Both the position numbers and the translations under genes were made by a program. From assembly GCA_027319565.1 (NCBI GenBank), contig DAHVNA010000018.1, positions 1-37,428 on the forward strand: a stretch of 37,428 bases of DNA, given 5' to 3'. Every line of letters begins with the position of its first letter. Position 1 is the stretch's first letter. The notes under the pieces were generated by a model. That model was not told the origin of the DNA. It searched no databases and worked only from the letters and a program-made list of their open reading frames with translations. Of the stretch, positions 9,140 through 17,801 are shown piece after piece. The DNA is from Elusimicrobiota bacterium. Lineage in GTDB: Bacteria; Elusimicrobiota; Elusimicrobia; UBA1565; UBA9628.

Positions 9140-9924
9140 GAGATTCCCATGGCGACTAAAACCGCCGTGACGAAATAGTCCAAAATTAAAACCGAAACCA
9201 TGCTAATGACGACCGCCGCCGTCGTCGATTTTCCCACGCCTTCCGCCCCTCCCCGGGTCTCAATGCCCTTAAAGCAACAAATAAGTGAAATCGCGAAAGC
9301 AAACACGTAAGTCTTAATATAGCCGTGCGCGAAATGCCTAATGCGCATATTGTCAATAATATCATGCCAGTAAACGTTCGGCGCGATATTAAATTTTAGT
9401 TTCGCGACCAAATAGCCTCCGGCAACTCCGGAAAAATCAGACATCACGGTTAATAGCGGCAAGACCAGCAAAAAAGCCACCACCCGCGGAATCACGAGAT
9501 AGCGAACCGGGTCGGTCCCCAAGGTGTAGAGAGCGTCGATTTGTTCCGTCACCTTCATCGTTCCCAATTCCGCCGCGATGGCCGCGCCCGCGCGCCCGCT
9601 GACCACCAAGGCCGTCATGACCGGAGCCAATTCCATCACCATCGAGAAACTGACCAAGGTGCCGATAAAAAGCGGCTCGTTGAGAAAATGTTTGGAAGAT
9701 TCCCCGGATTGAAGAGCCAAAACCATTCCGGTAAAAAACGCCGTCATCACGCTGACCGGCATCGACTCGACTCCAATTCTCAGCATTTGAATGAGAATCT
9801 GCTTCCACTCAAAATAACCCGCGAGAACCCATCTCAAGAGAGAACGGGTAAAAATCGCGAATTTTCCCAAAGACTCAATGCTGACAAGAATCTTCTTGCC
9901 CAGCCGCTCACAAATATCTTTCAT
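9136..9924 (-). CDS. mlaE: Mla ABC transporter permease
   Basis: FTGMVLALQ, ELAPVMTAL, GRAGAAIAAELGTMKVTEQIDAL, LVIPR, GGAEGVGKSTT. Start moved to ATG 9924 (ATGA overlap with the alr stop). Confidence 0.95.
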   Translation of the reverse strand: MKDICERLGKKILVSIESLGKFAIFTRSLLRWVLAGYFEWKQILIQMLRIGVESMPVSVMTAFFTGMVLALQSGESSKHFLNEPLFIGTLVSFSMVMELAPVMTALVVSGRAGAAIAAELGTMKVTEQIDALYTLGTDPVRYLVIPRVVAFLLVLPLLTVMSDFSGVAGGYLVAKLKFNIAPNVYWHDIIDNMRIRHFAHGYIKTYVFAFAISLICCFKGIETRGGAEGVGKSTTAAVVISMVSVLILDYFVTAVLVAMGIS

Positions 9925-11060
9925 CTCTGGTATATCCGCGGAACTCGCTGGGAAATGTTGCATACGGCTTCATATGAAATCGTGTTGGCAAAACCGGCGG
10001 CTTCCAAAGCTGAAATTTCATCTTGCCCTTGTTTGCCAATCAAGACAACTTCGCTTCCAACCCGCGCTTCGGGGATATCGGTCACATCAATCATCAGCAT
10101 ATCCATCGTGACAGTGCCTATAATTTTACAGCGGCGACCCGCGACCAAAACCTCTCCTTTGTTGGATTCGGCCCTAAAAACGCCGTCTCCATATCCCGCG
10201 CAAACCGTCGCAACCCTCGATAACCTTCGCGCGCGAAAAGTTCTTCCATAGCTGACCGACGCGCCTTTTTCCAGTCTTTTAATGAAAACAATGCGCGCCT
10301 TTAAACTGAGAAGCGGCTTAAAACCGGGCCACAACCCGTATAGAGCGCCTCCCACACGAACCATGTCGTAATTCGCCTCGCGGTGATTTAAAACCGCGGC
10401 GGAATTAGAAGCATGAACTAGTATTTTGCCATTTTTAAGAGTCTTATTTTTTAAAACGCCGTTAAATCTCTCGATTTGAAGTCGGGTGTAATCGGGATCA
10501 TTTTCAGCCGAAGAAAAATGGGTATAAATTCCAGACAACATCGCCCCCCGGCTTTTGGACAAGAAATCAACGACTTCAACGGCGTTTTTGGGGCTCACCC
10601 CAACCCGGCCCATTCCGGTATCTATTTTAAGATGGGCCGCCAAGCGCCTTTTCATTTTTAAGCCCGCCTCGGACAAGCGACGCGCCCCTTCCAAACTTGA
10701 GACCGTCGGTATCAAATTTAAGCGCGCGGCCTCCAAAAAACTATCAAAAGGATAGAGGCTTCCCAAAATCAGAATCGGAGTCTTAACCCTTGCCCGCCGA
10801 ATCGCCGCGCCTTCTTCAATGGAAGAAACTCCTAAAAAATCGGCGGAAGGATGCCCCTCTAATCGCAGGCGCTGGGCTTCTCTCGCCAAGGGCTCCGCGC
10901 CATGACCGTATCCATTGGCCTTAACGACAAATAAAATTTTGACCTGGGAAGGAAGTTTTGCGCGCAGGCTTTTAAAATTCTCTTTTAAGTCAGAGAGATT
11001 GATTTCAGCCCAGATGGGCCGAAACAAACGCGGCGAAACGGAAAAAGATAAAGCGGTCAA
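9921..11060 (-). CDS. alr: Alanine racemase
   Basis: WAEINL, PLP-lysine VVKANGYGHG, HLKIDTGMGRVG, YTHFS, HASNSAA, VSYG, GYGDG, GTVTMDM, TISYE. TTG start overlaps the dnaB stop. Confidence 0.96.
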   Translation of the reverse strand: MTALSFSVSPRLFRPIWAEINLSDLKENFKSLRAKLPSQVKILFVVKANGYGHGAEPLAREAQRLRLEGHPSADFLGVSSIEEGAAIRRARVKTPILILGSLYPFDSFLEAARLNLIPTVSSLEGARRLSEAGLKMKRRLAAHLKIDTGMGRVGVSPKNAVEVVDFLSKSRGAMLSGIYTHFSSAENDPDYTRLQIERFNGVLKNKTLKNGKILVHASNSAAVLNHREANYDMVRVGGALYGLWPGFKPLLSLKARIVFIKRLEKGASVSYGRTFRARRLSRVATVCAGYGDGVFRAESNKGEVLVAGRRCKIIGTVTMDMLMIDVTDIPEARVGSEVVLIGKQGQDEISALEAAGFANTISYEAVCNISQRVPRIYQR

Positions 11061-12460
11061 TCAAATTGAGCCTGAAAGGGCGCGGGTTCTTCCACCTCCG
11101 GGCGAGAATCCGCATCGACAAATCGAGTATATTGGCGCAGAAACATCACGCTGACAATTCCAGTGGGGCCCTGACGCTGCTTTGAAATAATGATCTCCGC
11201 TTTTTTATCATCCACCGACGGGTCATTTTGTTTATAATAAGCCTCGCGGTAAATAAAAGCGACTAAATCCGCGTCTTGTTCCAATGCTCCGCTTTCTCTT
11301 AAATCCGAAAGCTGCGGGCGGCTGTCCGAACGACCTTTCTCCTCAGGACGGCGAGACAACTGGGACAAGGCAATCACCGGAATATTCAAATCGCGGGCCA
11401 AATACTTAAGTCCGCGGGAAATTTCGGAAACTTCTTGCTGGCGGCTCTCCATTCTCGAAGAACTGCCGCGCATCAATTGGAGGTAGTCAAGGATAAGTAA
11501 ATCCAATGATTTCCCTTTCCGACGCAAATCGACGGCCAATTGCCGCGCCATCGAACGAACGTTTAAAACGGAAAGGCCGGGAGTATCCACCACATAAAGA
11601 GGCGACTCGGAAAAACGCGCAGCGGCGTTCGTTAAATCCGTCCATTTCTCTCTCGGGAAAAACCCCGTTTTTACCTTTTGAAGATCGACTCCCGCTTCCG
11701 CGGCAATCATCCGTTCCATAATCGCGTGTTTGGACATTTCCATCGAAAAGAAAAGAACCGATTTCGGCTCTTTGGATAAAACGACGTTGGAGGCGATATT
11801 GAGAGCCAAGGCCGTTTTACCCTGGCTGGGGCGAGCGGCAATCAGAATTAAATCCGATTTTTGAAAACCCGTCGTCAAGCGGTCGAAATCTCTAAGGCCG
11901 GAAGAAATGCCAGTGACAGCCGCCTTCCTCTTATGCGCCGCTTCAATCTGAGCGATGACTTCGTGAGTTAATTCTTCGACGGTGGCGATCCCGCGAGAAA
12001 CCTGCTTTTCAGAGACTCTCAGCACCGCCTCTTGGGCTTCATCTAATATGTTCGATGGGTCCTTCGCTTCTTGATAACATTCCGCCACAACCCCGGTCGC
12101 GACTGAAATTAATTCCCTAAGAATGGATTTATTTTTGACGATGCGGGCATAGTAATCGACATGGGCGGCGGTGGCGACCTTATGCACTAACGCGGTCAGG
12201 CCCGCCATTCCGCCAATTTCGTCTAAAGACTTGGACTTTTTTAATTCCGCGGCAACGGTCACCACGTCCACCGCTTCTCCGCGCTCATAGATAGCCGCCA
12301 TCGCCGAAAAGATGCGCCGATGGGTTTCTTGGTAAAAATCTCTCTGGGAGAGAGCGTCGAGAGCTTTTTCAACCGCATTGCGCTCGATGAGCATCGAGCC
12401 CAAAACGGCGGCTTCGGCTTCTATATTTTGAGGAGGAAGGCTGACGTCAAGTTGCGCCAT
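11057..12460 (-). CDS. dnaB: Replicative DNA helicase
   Basis: PPQNIEAEAAVLG, AARPSQGKT, FSMEMS, DYLQLM, ALSQLSR, LSDLRESGALEQDAD, KQRQGPTG; no intein. ATG at 12460 preferred. Confidence 0.97.
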   Translation of the reverse strand: MAQLDVSLPPQNIEAEAAVLGSMLIERNAVEKALDALSQRDFYQETHRRIFSAMAAIYERGEAVDVVTVAAELKKSKSLDEIGGMAGLTALVHKVATAAHVDYYARIVKNKSILRELISVATGVVAECYQEAKDPSNILDEAQEAVLRVSEKQVSRGIATVEELTHEVIAQIEAAHKRKAAVTGISSGLRDFDRLTTGFQKSDLILIAARPSQGKTALALNIASNVVLSKEPKSVLFFSMEMSKHAIMERMIAAEAGVDLQKVKTGFFPREKWTDLTNAAARFSESPLYVVDTPGLSVLNVRSMARQLAVDLRRKGKSLDLLILDYLQLMRGSSSRMESRQQEVSEISRGLKYLARDLNIPVIALSQLSRRPEEKGRSDSRPQLSDLRESGALEQDADLVAFIYREAYYKQNDPSVDDKKAEIIISKQRQGPTGIVSVMFLRQYTRFVDADSRPEVEEPAPFQAQFD

Positions 12461-12466
12461 AGTAGG

Positions 12467-12496
12467 AAAATAGCCCAAACGGTTTTAACGGCTCAA
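12467..12496 (-). promoter_or_regulatory. Putative sigma70 promoter for dnaB (TTGAGC-18nt-TATTTT), -10 box 6 nt before ATG
   Basis: Minus strand reads TTGAGC (12496-12491), 18 nt, TATTTT (12472-12467), cctact, ATG (12460). No SD sequence is present. Confidence 0.45.
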
Positions 12497-12522
12497 GGCC
12501 AAGGCCTTGGATATTATCGAGA

Positions 12523-12969
12523 CTACTCTCTCGCGGTCACGGTCACCTTGATTTTCGCCGTAACATCGGACAAAAGCCTCAAGGGAACTTCATAGGAGCC
12601 CACCGCTTTGAACGGAGAATCAATCATCACGGACTCTTTTTTAACGGAGTAGCCGCAGGTTTTAAGGCTTTTCACGATTTCCGTTTTCCCGACGGAACCG
12701 AAAAGACGGCCCTCGGGACTGGCGGGATGAGAGAAAGAAAGGCTGACTTCGGATAATTTTTGCGCCAAAGATTTTGATTCTTCCAGCTTTGAGGCGAAAA
12801 TCTTCTCGCGCTTAGCGCGCCCCTTTTCCCATCCTTTCAGGGCGGATTCAGTCGCCTCGATAGCCAAACCTCTGGGGAAAAGATAATTGCGGGCATATCC
12901 AATGGAAACCTGCTTCACCTCGCCCTCGCGGCCTAAATGCAAAATATCGTCTTTCAATATCACTTTCAT
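12523..12969 (-). CDS. rplI: 50S ribosomal protein L9
   Basis: MKVIL..LG..G.VK.V..GYARNYLFPRG, GRLFGSV. Alternative start at 12975. Confidence 0.97.
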   Translation of the reverse strand: MKVILKDDILHLGREGEVKQVSIGYARNYLFPRGLAIEATESALKGWEKGRAKREKIFASKLEESKSLAQKLSEVSLSFSHPASPEGRLFGSVGKTEIVKSLKTCGYSVKKESVMIDSPFKAVGSYEVPLRLLSDVTAKIKVTVTARE

Positions 12970-12986
12970 ATTCATTCTCTCGTCTC

Positions 12987-13325
12987 TTATTTTACCACGT
13001 AAGGAAGCAAGGAAAGATTTCTCGCGCGCTTAATCATTCGGGAAAGAACCCTCTGGTGAGAAGCGCAGGTGCCGGTAATGCGGCTGGAAAGAATCTTTCC
13101 GGTATCGGACATAAAAGTCCTTAGCAACTGGATTTGCTTATAATCGATTTCATGGGCGTTTTCCGCGCAAAAACGGCAAACCTTTTTCTTCGCGGGATAA
13201 GGCGTGCGGCGGCGAAAAGAATCGGAACGGCGCGCTGGCGCGGCAACCTCTCCGGCGGCTTCCACCGCAGGAATGACTTTGTCTCCGGACACTTCTTCAG
13301 ATTTCACGGCTTCATTAGGCATCAT
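12987..13325 (-). CDS. rpsR: 30S ribosomal protein S18 (Zn-binding form, N-terminal extension)
   Basis: [37 protein letters not shown]. Confidence 0.96.
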   Translation of the reverse strand: MMPNEAVKSEEVSGDKVIPAVEAAGEVAAPARRSDSFRRRTPYPAKKKVCRFCAENAHEIDYKQIQLLRTFMSDTGKILSSRITGTCASHQRVLSRMIKRARNLSLLPYVVK

Positions 13326-13777
13326 TAGAAAGGAACCTCCTCATCTTCGGACACATCTTCAGAAATAGCGTCGGCAGACGGAGCGCCGCCTTTGGCCGGA
13401 ACCTCATCTGAAGGCGCGCCTTCCGCTTTTTCCAAAACTTGAACGCGGCGGGCCTCCACCTCAATCATGCTGCGCTTGGCCCCCCCGCTGTTTTTATCCT
13501 CGTATTCGTAACTCCGCAAACGGCCTTCCACCGAAACCGGAGACCCCTTGTGCAGTCTCTTGCCGCAACTCTCCGCCGCCTGGCGCCAAGTCACGATATT
13601 GATGAACGCGGCATCGTCTTTCCATTCGCCGCTGACCGTATCCTTGTAGCGGCGGGAAACCGCGATGCGAAAGCGGCAATTGGCGATTCCCTTGGGAGTA
13701 TAGCGGAGCTCGGGATCCTTAGTTAGGCGTCCAACCAAAAAGACTTGGTTCTGTTCAGGGAGACGAAGATTGCTCAT
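13325..13777 (-). CDS. ssb: Single-stranded DNA-binding protein
   Basis: [30 protein letters not shown], acidic C-terminal tail DEEVPF; lies between rpsF and rpsR. Confidence 0.96.
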   Translation of the reverse strand: MSNLRLPEQNQVFLVGRLTKDPELRYTPKGIANCRFRIAVSRRYKDTVSGEWKDDAAFINIVTWRQAAESCGKRLHKGSPVSVEGRLRSYEYEDKNSGGAKRSMIEVEARRVQVLEKAEGAPSDEVPAKGGAPSADAISEDVSEDEEVPF

Positions 13778-14139
13778 GCGGCCGGGGCTTTCGCGGGAAC
13801 GGCGTGGGGCTCACGGGAATCGCGCACTCGCACTTTCTTTTCGCGCAACCTTTTCTCGCGCATCAAGGTCGTCATTTCCCGGATCACTCGCTCATCCAAG
13901 CGGAAATCTTGGGCTATTTTTTTAAATAAAGGCGGCAAAGCCTTGTATTTAAGGCAGGCATAAATGCCTTCGCGAGTCTTGCCAATCGGATGGGACAACT
14001 TTCTTCGTCCCCAGGTTTCAAAGCTCACGACCTCTCCGCCCTCTTTGGAGATCGTCTGCCGGGTTTTATCCACAAAACCGGCCAATTCCGCCTCTGAAAG
14101 GGTCGGAGCAAGAACAAACACTGTTTCGTAGTTAGCCAT
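13774..14139 (-). CDS. rpsF: 30S ribosomal protein S6
   Basis: YETVFVLAP, WGRRKLSHPI, GIY, LDERVIR; canonical rpsF-ssb-rpsR-rplI order. Confidence 0.95.
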   Translation of the reverse strand: MANYETVFVLAPTLSEAELAGFVDKTRQTISKEGGEVVSFETWGRRKLSHPIGKTREGIYACLKYKALPPLFKKIAQDFRLDERVIREMTTLMREKRLREKKVRVRDSREPHAVPAKAPAA

Positions 14140-14148
14140 ATTGATTTT

Positions 14149-14178
14149 AATATAGCAAAATGAACTCGCGTTCGTCCA
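14149..14178 (-). promoter_or_regulatory. Putative extended -10 promoter for the rpsF operon (TGcTATATT)
   Basis: Minus strand reads TGGACG (14178-14173), 18 nt, TATATT (14154-14149) preceded by TGn. The box lies 9 nt before the rpsF ATG. Confidence 0.55.
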
Positions 14179-14194
14179 GAGGAAAATTTTTGGA

Positions 14195-14222
14195 TTGAAA
14201 CCAAAGCAAACTGTTCTATACT
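14195..14222 (+). promoter_or_regulatory. Putative sigma70 promoter for cydAB (TTGAAA-16nt-TATACT)
   Basis: TTGAAA at 14195-14200 and TATACT at 14217-14222, each a 5/6 match to consensus, in the divergent intergenic region. Confidence 0.55.
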
Positions 14223-14276
14223 CTTCATAGATAGGGCTTGATTGCGGGTTTGAGCCTGGAGTTCAAAGAGGATGTA

Positions 14277-15605
14277 ATGAATCACCTATTGGCCGCGCGT
14301 TCTCAAATGGCGATGTCTTTAGGCTTTCATATCATCTTTGCCGCCGTCGGCATTGCCTTGCCGTTGTTGATGGTCATTTCCGAGGGATTGTGGTTATATA
14401 AAAAGGATGTTCTCTATCGGGAATTGGCTCAGCGTTGGTCTCAGGGAGCCGGGATTTTTTTCGCGGTGGGCGCCGTTTCCGGCACGGCGCTTTCTTTTGA
14501 ATTGGGACTTCTCTGGCCGCGATTTATGGCGTATGCCGGTCCTATTATAGGGATGCCATTCTCGCTTGAGGGGTTCGCTTTTTTTCTTGAGGCGATATTT
14601 CTCGGCATTTACCTTTACGGCTGGGGGAAGGTTTCTCCTTGGGTTCATTGGATGTCGGGCGTGATGGTTCTTGCGAGCGGCACGGCTTCTGGGATCTTTG
14701 TCGTGGCGGCCAATGCTTGGATGAATTCTCCGGCAGGGTTTGATATTGTCAACGGCGTTCCTGTTCATATTCGGCCTTTTGCGGCGATGTTTAATCCCGC
14801 TTTTCTTGGGCAATCGCTTCATATGATCATTGCCGCCTTTGAAGCCGTGGGTTTTGCCGCGGCTTCGCTGCATGCGTATTCCTTGCTCAAAAACAGAAGA
14901 GCCTTCTTTCATCAACGGGCTCTCGTCATTGCCTTGAGCGTGGCGGCGTGCGGGGCGTTCTTGGAGCCGTTGAACGGGGATTTTTTGGCCCGCTTTGTCG
15001 CGCAAAATCAGCCGGTAAAGCTCGCGGCGATGGAAGGGCAATGGGAAACAGAACGCGGCGCCCCGCTGCGGATTGGCGGGTGGCCGGACGCGAAAATCGA
15101 AAAGACTCTTTGGGCGATTAAAATCCCAAAGGCTTTAAGCCTTTTGGCTTACGATAACCCGAACGCGCTTGTTTTGGGGCTCAAGGCATTTCCATCTCAA
15201 GATCGCCCTCCAGTGCTTCCGGTTCATATCGCCTTTCAGGTGATGGTCGCCTGCGGATCGTTCTTGGCCGGAGTGGCCCTCTTGGGAATAGTCTGGACAT
15301 TGAGAATAGGTCGGTTGCCGCTCAAGAAATGGTTTTTGGTTTTACTCATTGCCTGTGGGCCTCTGGGTTTTATTTGCATTGAAACGGGTTGGATTGTGAC
15401 CGAGGTTGGCCGCCAGCCTTGGATTATCTATCACGTCATGCGCACCGCGGACGCGGTGACTCCAATGCCGGGATTAACCGAGTCCTTTTCTGTCTTTACC
15501 CTGATTTACCTTTTTCTAGCCGTTGTTGTTATTTTACTTCTTCGCAAAGAGGTCATTGGGGAAGATGGGAGTGAGCCTTTGAAGGCCGCGGGAGGACGTC
15601 CATGA
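14277..15605 (+). CDS. cydA: Cytochrome bd terminal oxidase subunit I (short Q-loop type)
   Basis: ARSQMAMSLGFHIIF (heme His), GAVSGT, FFLEAIFLG, ANAWMNSP, LHMIIAA, QPVKLAAMEG, FQVMV, GWIVTEVGRQPW. ATG at 14277 follows GAGGA. Confidence 0.96.
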   Translation: MNHLLAARSQMAMSLGFHIIFAAVGIALPLLMVISEGLWLYKKDVLYRELAQRWSQGAGIFFAVGAVSGTALSFELGLLWPRFMAYAGPIIGMPFSLEGFAFFLEAIFLGIYLYGWGKVSPWVHWMSGVMVLASGTASGIFVVAANAWMNSPAGFDIVNGVPVHIRPFAAMFNPAFLGQSLHMIIAAFEAVGFAAASLHAYSLLKNRRAFFHQRALVIALSVAACGAFLEPLNGDFLARFVAQNQPVKLAAMEGQWETERGAPLRIGGWPDAKIEKTLWAIKIPKALSLLAYDNPNALVLGLKAFPSQDRPPVLPVHIAFQVMVACGSFLAGVALLGIVWTLRIGRLPLKKWFLVLLIACGPLGFICIETGWIVTEVGRQPWIIYHVMRTADAVTPMPGLTESFSVFTLIYLFLAVVVILLLRKEVIGEDGSEPLKAAGGRP

Positions 15606-16612
15606 ACTATCCTGAGGTCGCTATCGCGGCGGTGATTCTCTTTTCGCTTATTATTTATGCGTTGAGCGGGGGCGCTGATTTTGGAGGAGGAGTTCTCGAT
15701 TTAATGGCCTTTGGTCCGCGTGCCCGAGAGCAGAGGCGTGCGATTGCGGAAGCGATTGGGCCGATTTGGGAGGCCAATCATATCTGGATGATTTTGATTG
15801 TCGTCCTTCTCTTCTCGGCATTTCCGGCCGCGTTTTCCGCCATCTCCATCGCTCTTGTTGTTCCGCTCAATGTCATGCTCATTGGGATTATACTCCGCGG
15901 CTCGGCTTTTATTTTTCGAGGACACAGTTCTCATTACGGTGGAAAGGGGGTAGCCTGGGGCGATGTTTTTGCGGCATCGAGCGTCGTCACTCCCATCGCC
16001 CTTGGCGTGATTGTCGGTTCTCTTGCCTCCGGCGGCGTTCAAGAAATGTCGAGCGGCGTGTTGCGTCTCAATTTATGGGATGCCTGGCTGTTCCCATTTC
16101 CATTGGCTATCGGGTTTTTTACCGTGGTTCTCTTTACTTTTTTAGCCGCGGTCTATTTGACGGTCGAGGTTCAAGAGGCCGAGCTAAAGGAAGATTTCCG
16201 TTCCCGCGCCTTAGTCAGCGGAGCCATGACGGGTCTTCTGGCGTGGATCTGCTATTTTTTAGCCGGACGGGAAGCGCCGTTAATACGGCTAGGCCTTGAA
16301 AAAAGCTCTTGGTCTATTCTGTTTCAGGTCGTCACCGCCATGGTGGCCAGCAGCGCTTTATGGGCTCTCTGGGCGAGATGTTTCCGGCTTGCGAGAATGC
16401 TCGCGGTTATTGAGACGGTTTGTGTTATTTTGGGATGGGGGTTGTCTCAATATCCCTATGTTTTGCCGCCCGTCGTGACCTTTCAAGAGGCCGCCGCGCC
16501 GGCTTCCGTTTTGCGGCCGCTCCTAGGGGCTCTTCTGGTTGGAGTTGTCATCCTCATTCCCTCTTTCGCTTTTCTTTTCCGGATTTTTAAGGGACACCGA
16601 TCTCCCATCTAG
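15602..16612 (+). CDS. cydB: Cytochrome bd terminal oxidase subunit II
   Basis: GGADFGGG, IGPIWEANHIW, FSAFP, ILRGSAFIFR, LAAVYL, QYPY; ATGA overlap with cydA. Confidence 0.95.
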   Translation: MNYPEVAIAAVILFSLIIYALSGGADFGGGVLDLMAFGPRAREQRRAIAEAIGPIWEANHIWMILIVVLLFSAFPAAFSAISIALVVPLNVMLIGIILRGSAFIFRGHSSHYGGKGVAWGDVFAASSVVTPIALGVIVGSLASGGVQEMSSGVLRLNLWDAWLFPFPLAIGFFTVVLFTFLAAVYLTVEVQEAELKEDFRSRALVSGAMTGLLAWICYFLAGREAPLIRLGLEKSSWSILFQVVTAMVASSALWALWARCFRLARMLAVIETVCVILGWGLSQYPYVLPPVVTFQEAAAPASVLRPLLGALLVGVVILIPSFAFLFRIFKGHRSPI

Positions 16613-16679
16613 CCCCATTACTCCGCAAGCCATGACAAAAAAATAGAAGGATATTGAAAATAGCGCCATTCCCGAGAAA

Positions 16680-16709
16680 TTTACAAACTCATGGAAAGCA
16701 TGATAAACT
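16680..16709 (+). promoter_or_regulatory. Putative promoter TTTACA-18nt-(TGa)TAAACT
   Basis: TTTACA at 16680-16685 and extended -10 TGaTAAACT at 16701-16709, 12 nt before ATG 16722. No SD. Confidence 0.45.
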
Positions 16710-16721
16710 GAATCTCTAACT

Positions 16722-17801
16722 ATGCAAAGATTAATCAAGGCGGCGTTTTTGTTTACGGCCCTCATTGCCTGGAGTTTCGCAGAAGTCTCGGCCCATATTT
16801 CCGTTTCCCCGCCTCCGGCCTGGAGCGACTCAAGCGCGCAAAAGGCCTCATCTGACACCGTGGCTTTTTTTACCGGACCATCCGGAAGTTCCTTTATTAT
16901 GACGCGGCTCAAACCCATGGATTCTCAAAGCCGCCCCGCCGTTCTTTCTTTTCTCATCGATGTTCTCGGTTCTCTCCAGAAAAAAACCGGCATCCCCATG
17001 ACCCCGGCGACGCGGCTTAAAGAGTCTCATTTTAATAATGGAATCGGCGCTCTTTCTCTTAAAGTCGAAGCCGGCGGCAAACCGCGCCTGATTCTCTCTC
17101 TGGTCAGAGACGGAAATAAAAACTATCTATCCCTCATCAACAGCGCCATTCCAGATTTAACCTTGGAATCAATTCTAAGCTCGATAAAAACTTCCCGTTC
17201 TGAAACTCCGCAGCCCCCCCAAACCATCAGCGCCGATGGACAATTTTTGTTTCAGATCCCAGATGACTTTCATCCCCAAACTCTCTCTGACTCGGATAAA
17301 AATAGCGGAGTCGTCTTTTCCGTCTCGGGGCTGGATTCCCATCTCCTCATCAAGAAAATTTCTCCAGAACAAACCTTCAACCCCCAAGAAGCCTCGAAAC
17401 TCCTCAAGGAAAAATTTGAATCCCTCTCCTCCATTGACCGTTGGCTCATTTCTCCGGAAAAGACTCTCGCCACTCCCGCGGGACCTGAATTGATTTATCT
17501 TTCCGCCGGAGTCAAGGGAGAAGGGGCTCTTAACACCAAGGCCTTGGGTTATATGCCGTGGTGCTACTGGGGTTATATGATTAAAGCCGAAGGACCTCGA
17601 AGCGAGGAATTGATCACTTCCGTTTTTAAAAACCTCAGCCCTGGTCCTTCTGCGATTGAAAGGCTGCTTGAACAAACTCCTAAACTCAAGGCCTCCAACA
17701 ACTCGTTTCCTAATAAAATAGAGCTAGGAGTGGCGATTGCCTTGACTATTTTGGCCGCCTATCTGACCCTTCGCTCGCGAAAGTCCAAAAGGCGCGGCTA
17801 A
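16722..17801 (+). CDS. Exported hypothetical protein with C-terminal TM anchor and basic tail
   Basis: Signal peptide MQRLIKAAFLFTALIAWSFA; C-terminal IELGVAIALTILAAYLTL-RSRKSKRRG; the 359 aa ORF fills the gap between cydB and the lyase gene. Confidence 0.8.
   Translation: MQRLIKAAFLFTALIAWSFAEVSAHISVSPPPAWSDSSAQKASSDTVAFFTGPSGSSFIMTRLKPMDSQSRPAVLSFLIDVLGSLQKKTGIPMTPATRLKESHFNNGIGALSLKVEAGGKPRLILSLVRDGNKNYLSLINSAIPDLTLESILSSIKTSRSETPQPPQTISADGQFLFQIPDDFHPQTLSDSDKNSGVVFSVSGLDSHLLIKKISPEQTFNPQEASKLLKEKFESLSSIDRWLISPEKTLATPAGPELIYLSAGVKGEGALNTKALGYMPWCYWGYMIKAEGPRSEELITSVFKNLSPGPSAIERLLEQTPKLKASNNSFPNKIELGVAIALTILAAYLTLRSRKSKRRG

Noticed and set aside
9541..10251. 236-aa plus-strand ORF
   Set aside because: Antisense to mlaE/alr, with no motif or plausible start context.
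11057..12460. Possible intein in DnaB
   Set aside because: The length is normal and the helicase motifs are contiguous.
14140..14276. tRNA, riboswitch or FNR box in the largest intergenic region
   Set aside because: No cloverleaf or conserved aptamer is visible. TTGAT half-sites (14141, 14238) lack a correctly spaced ATCAA partner.
14394..16299. 215-aa minus ORF and 177-aa alternative-frame ORF
   Set aside because: They lie entirely within cydA/cydB and have the composition of shadow frames.
16613..16721. Intrinsic terminator or small cydX-like ORF after cydB
   Set aside because: No convincing stem plus U-tract. The ATG at 16632 reaches a stop after four codons, and no hydrophobic small ORF is seen.
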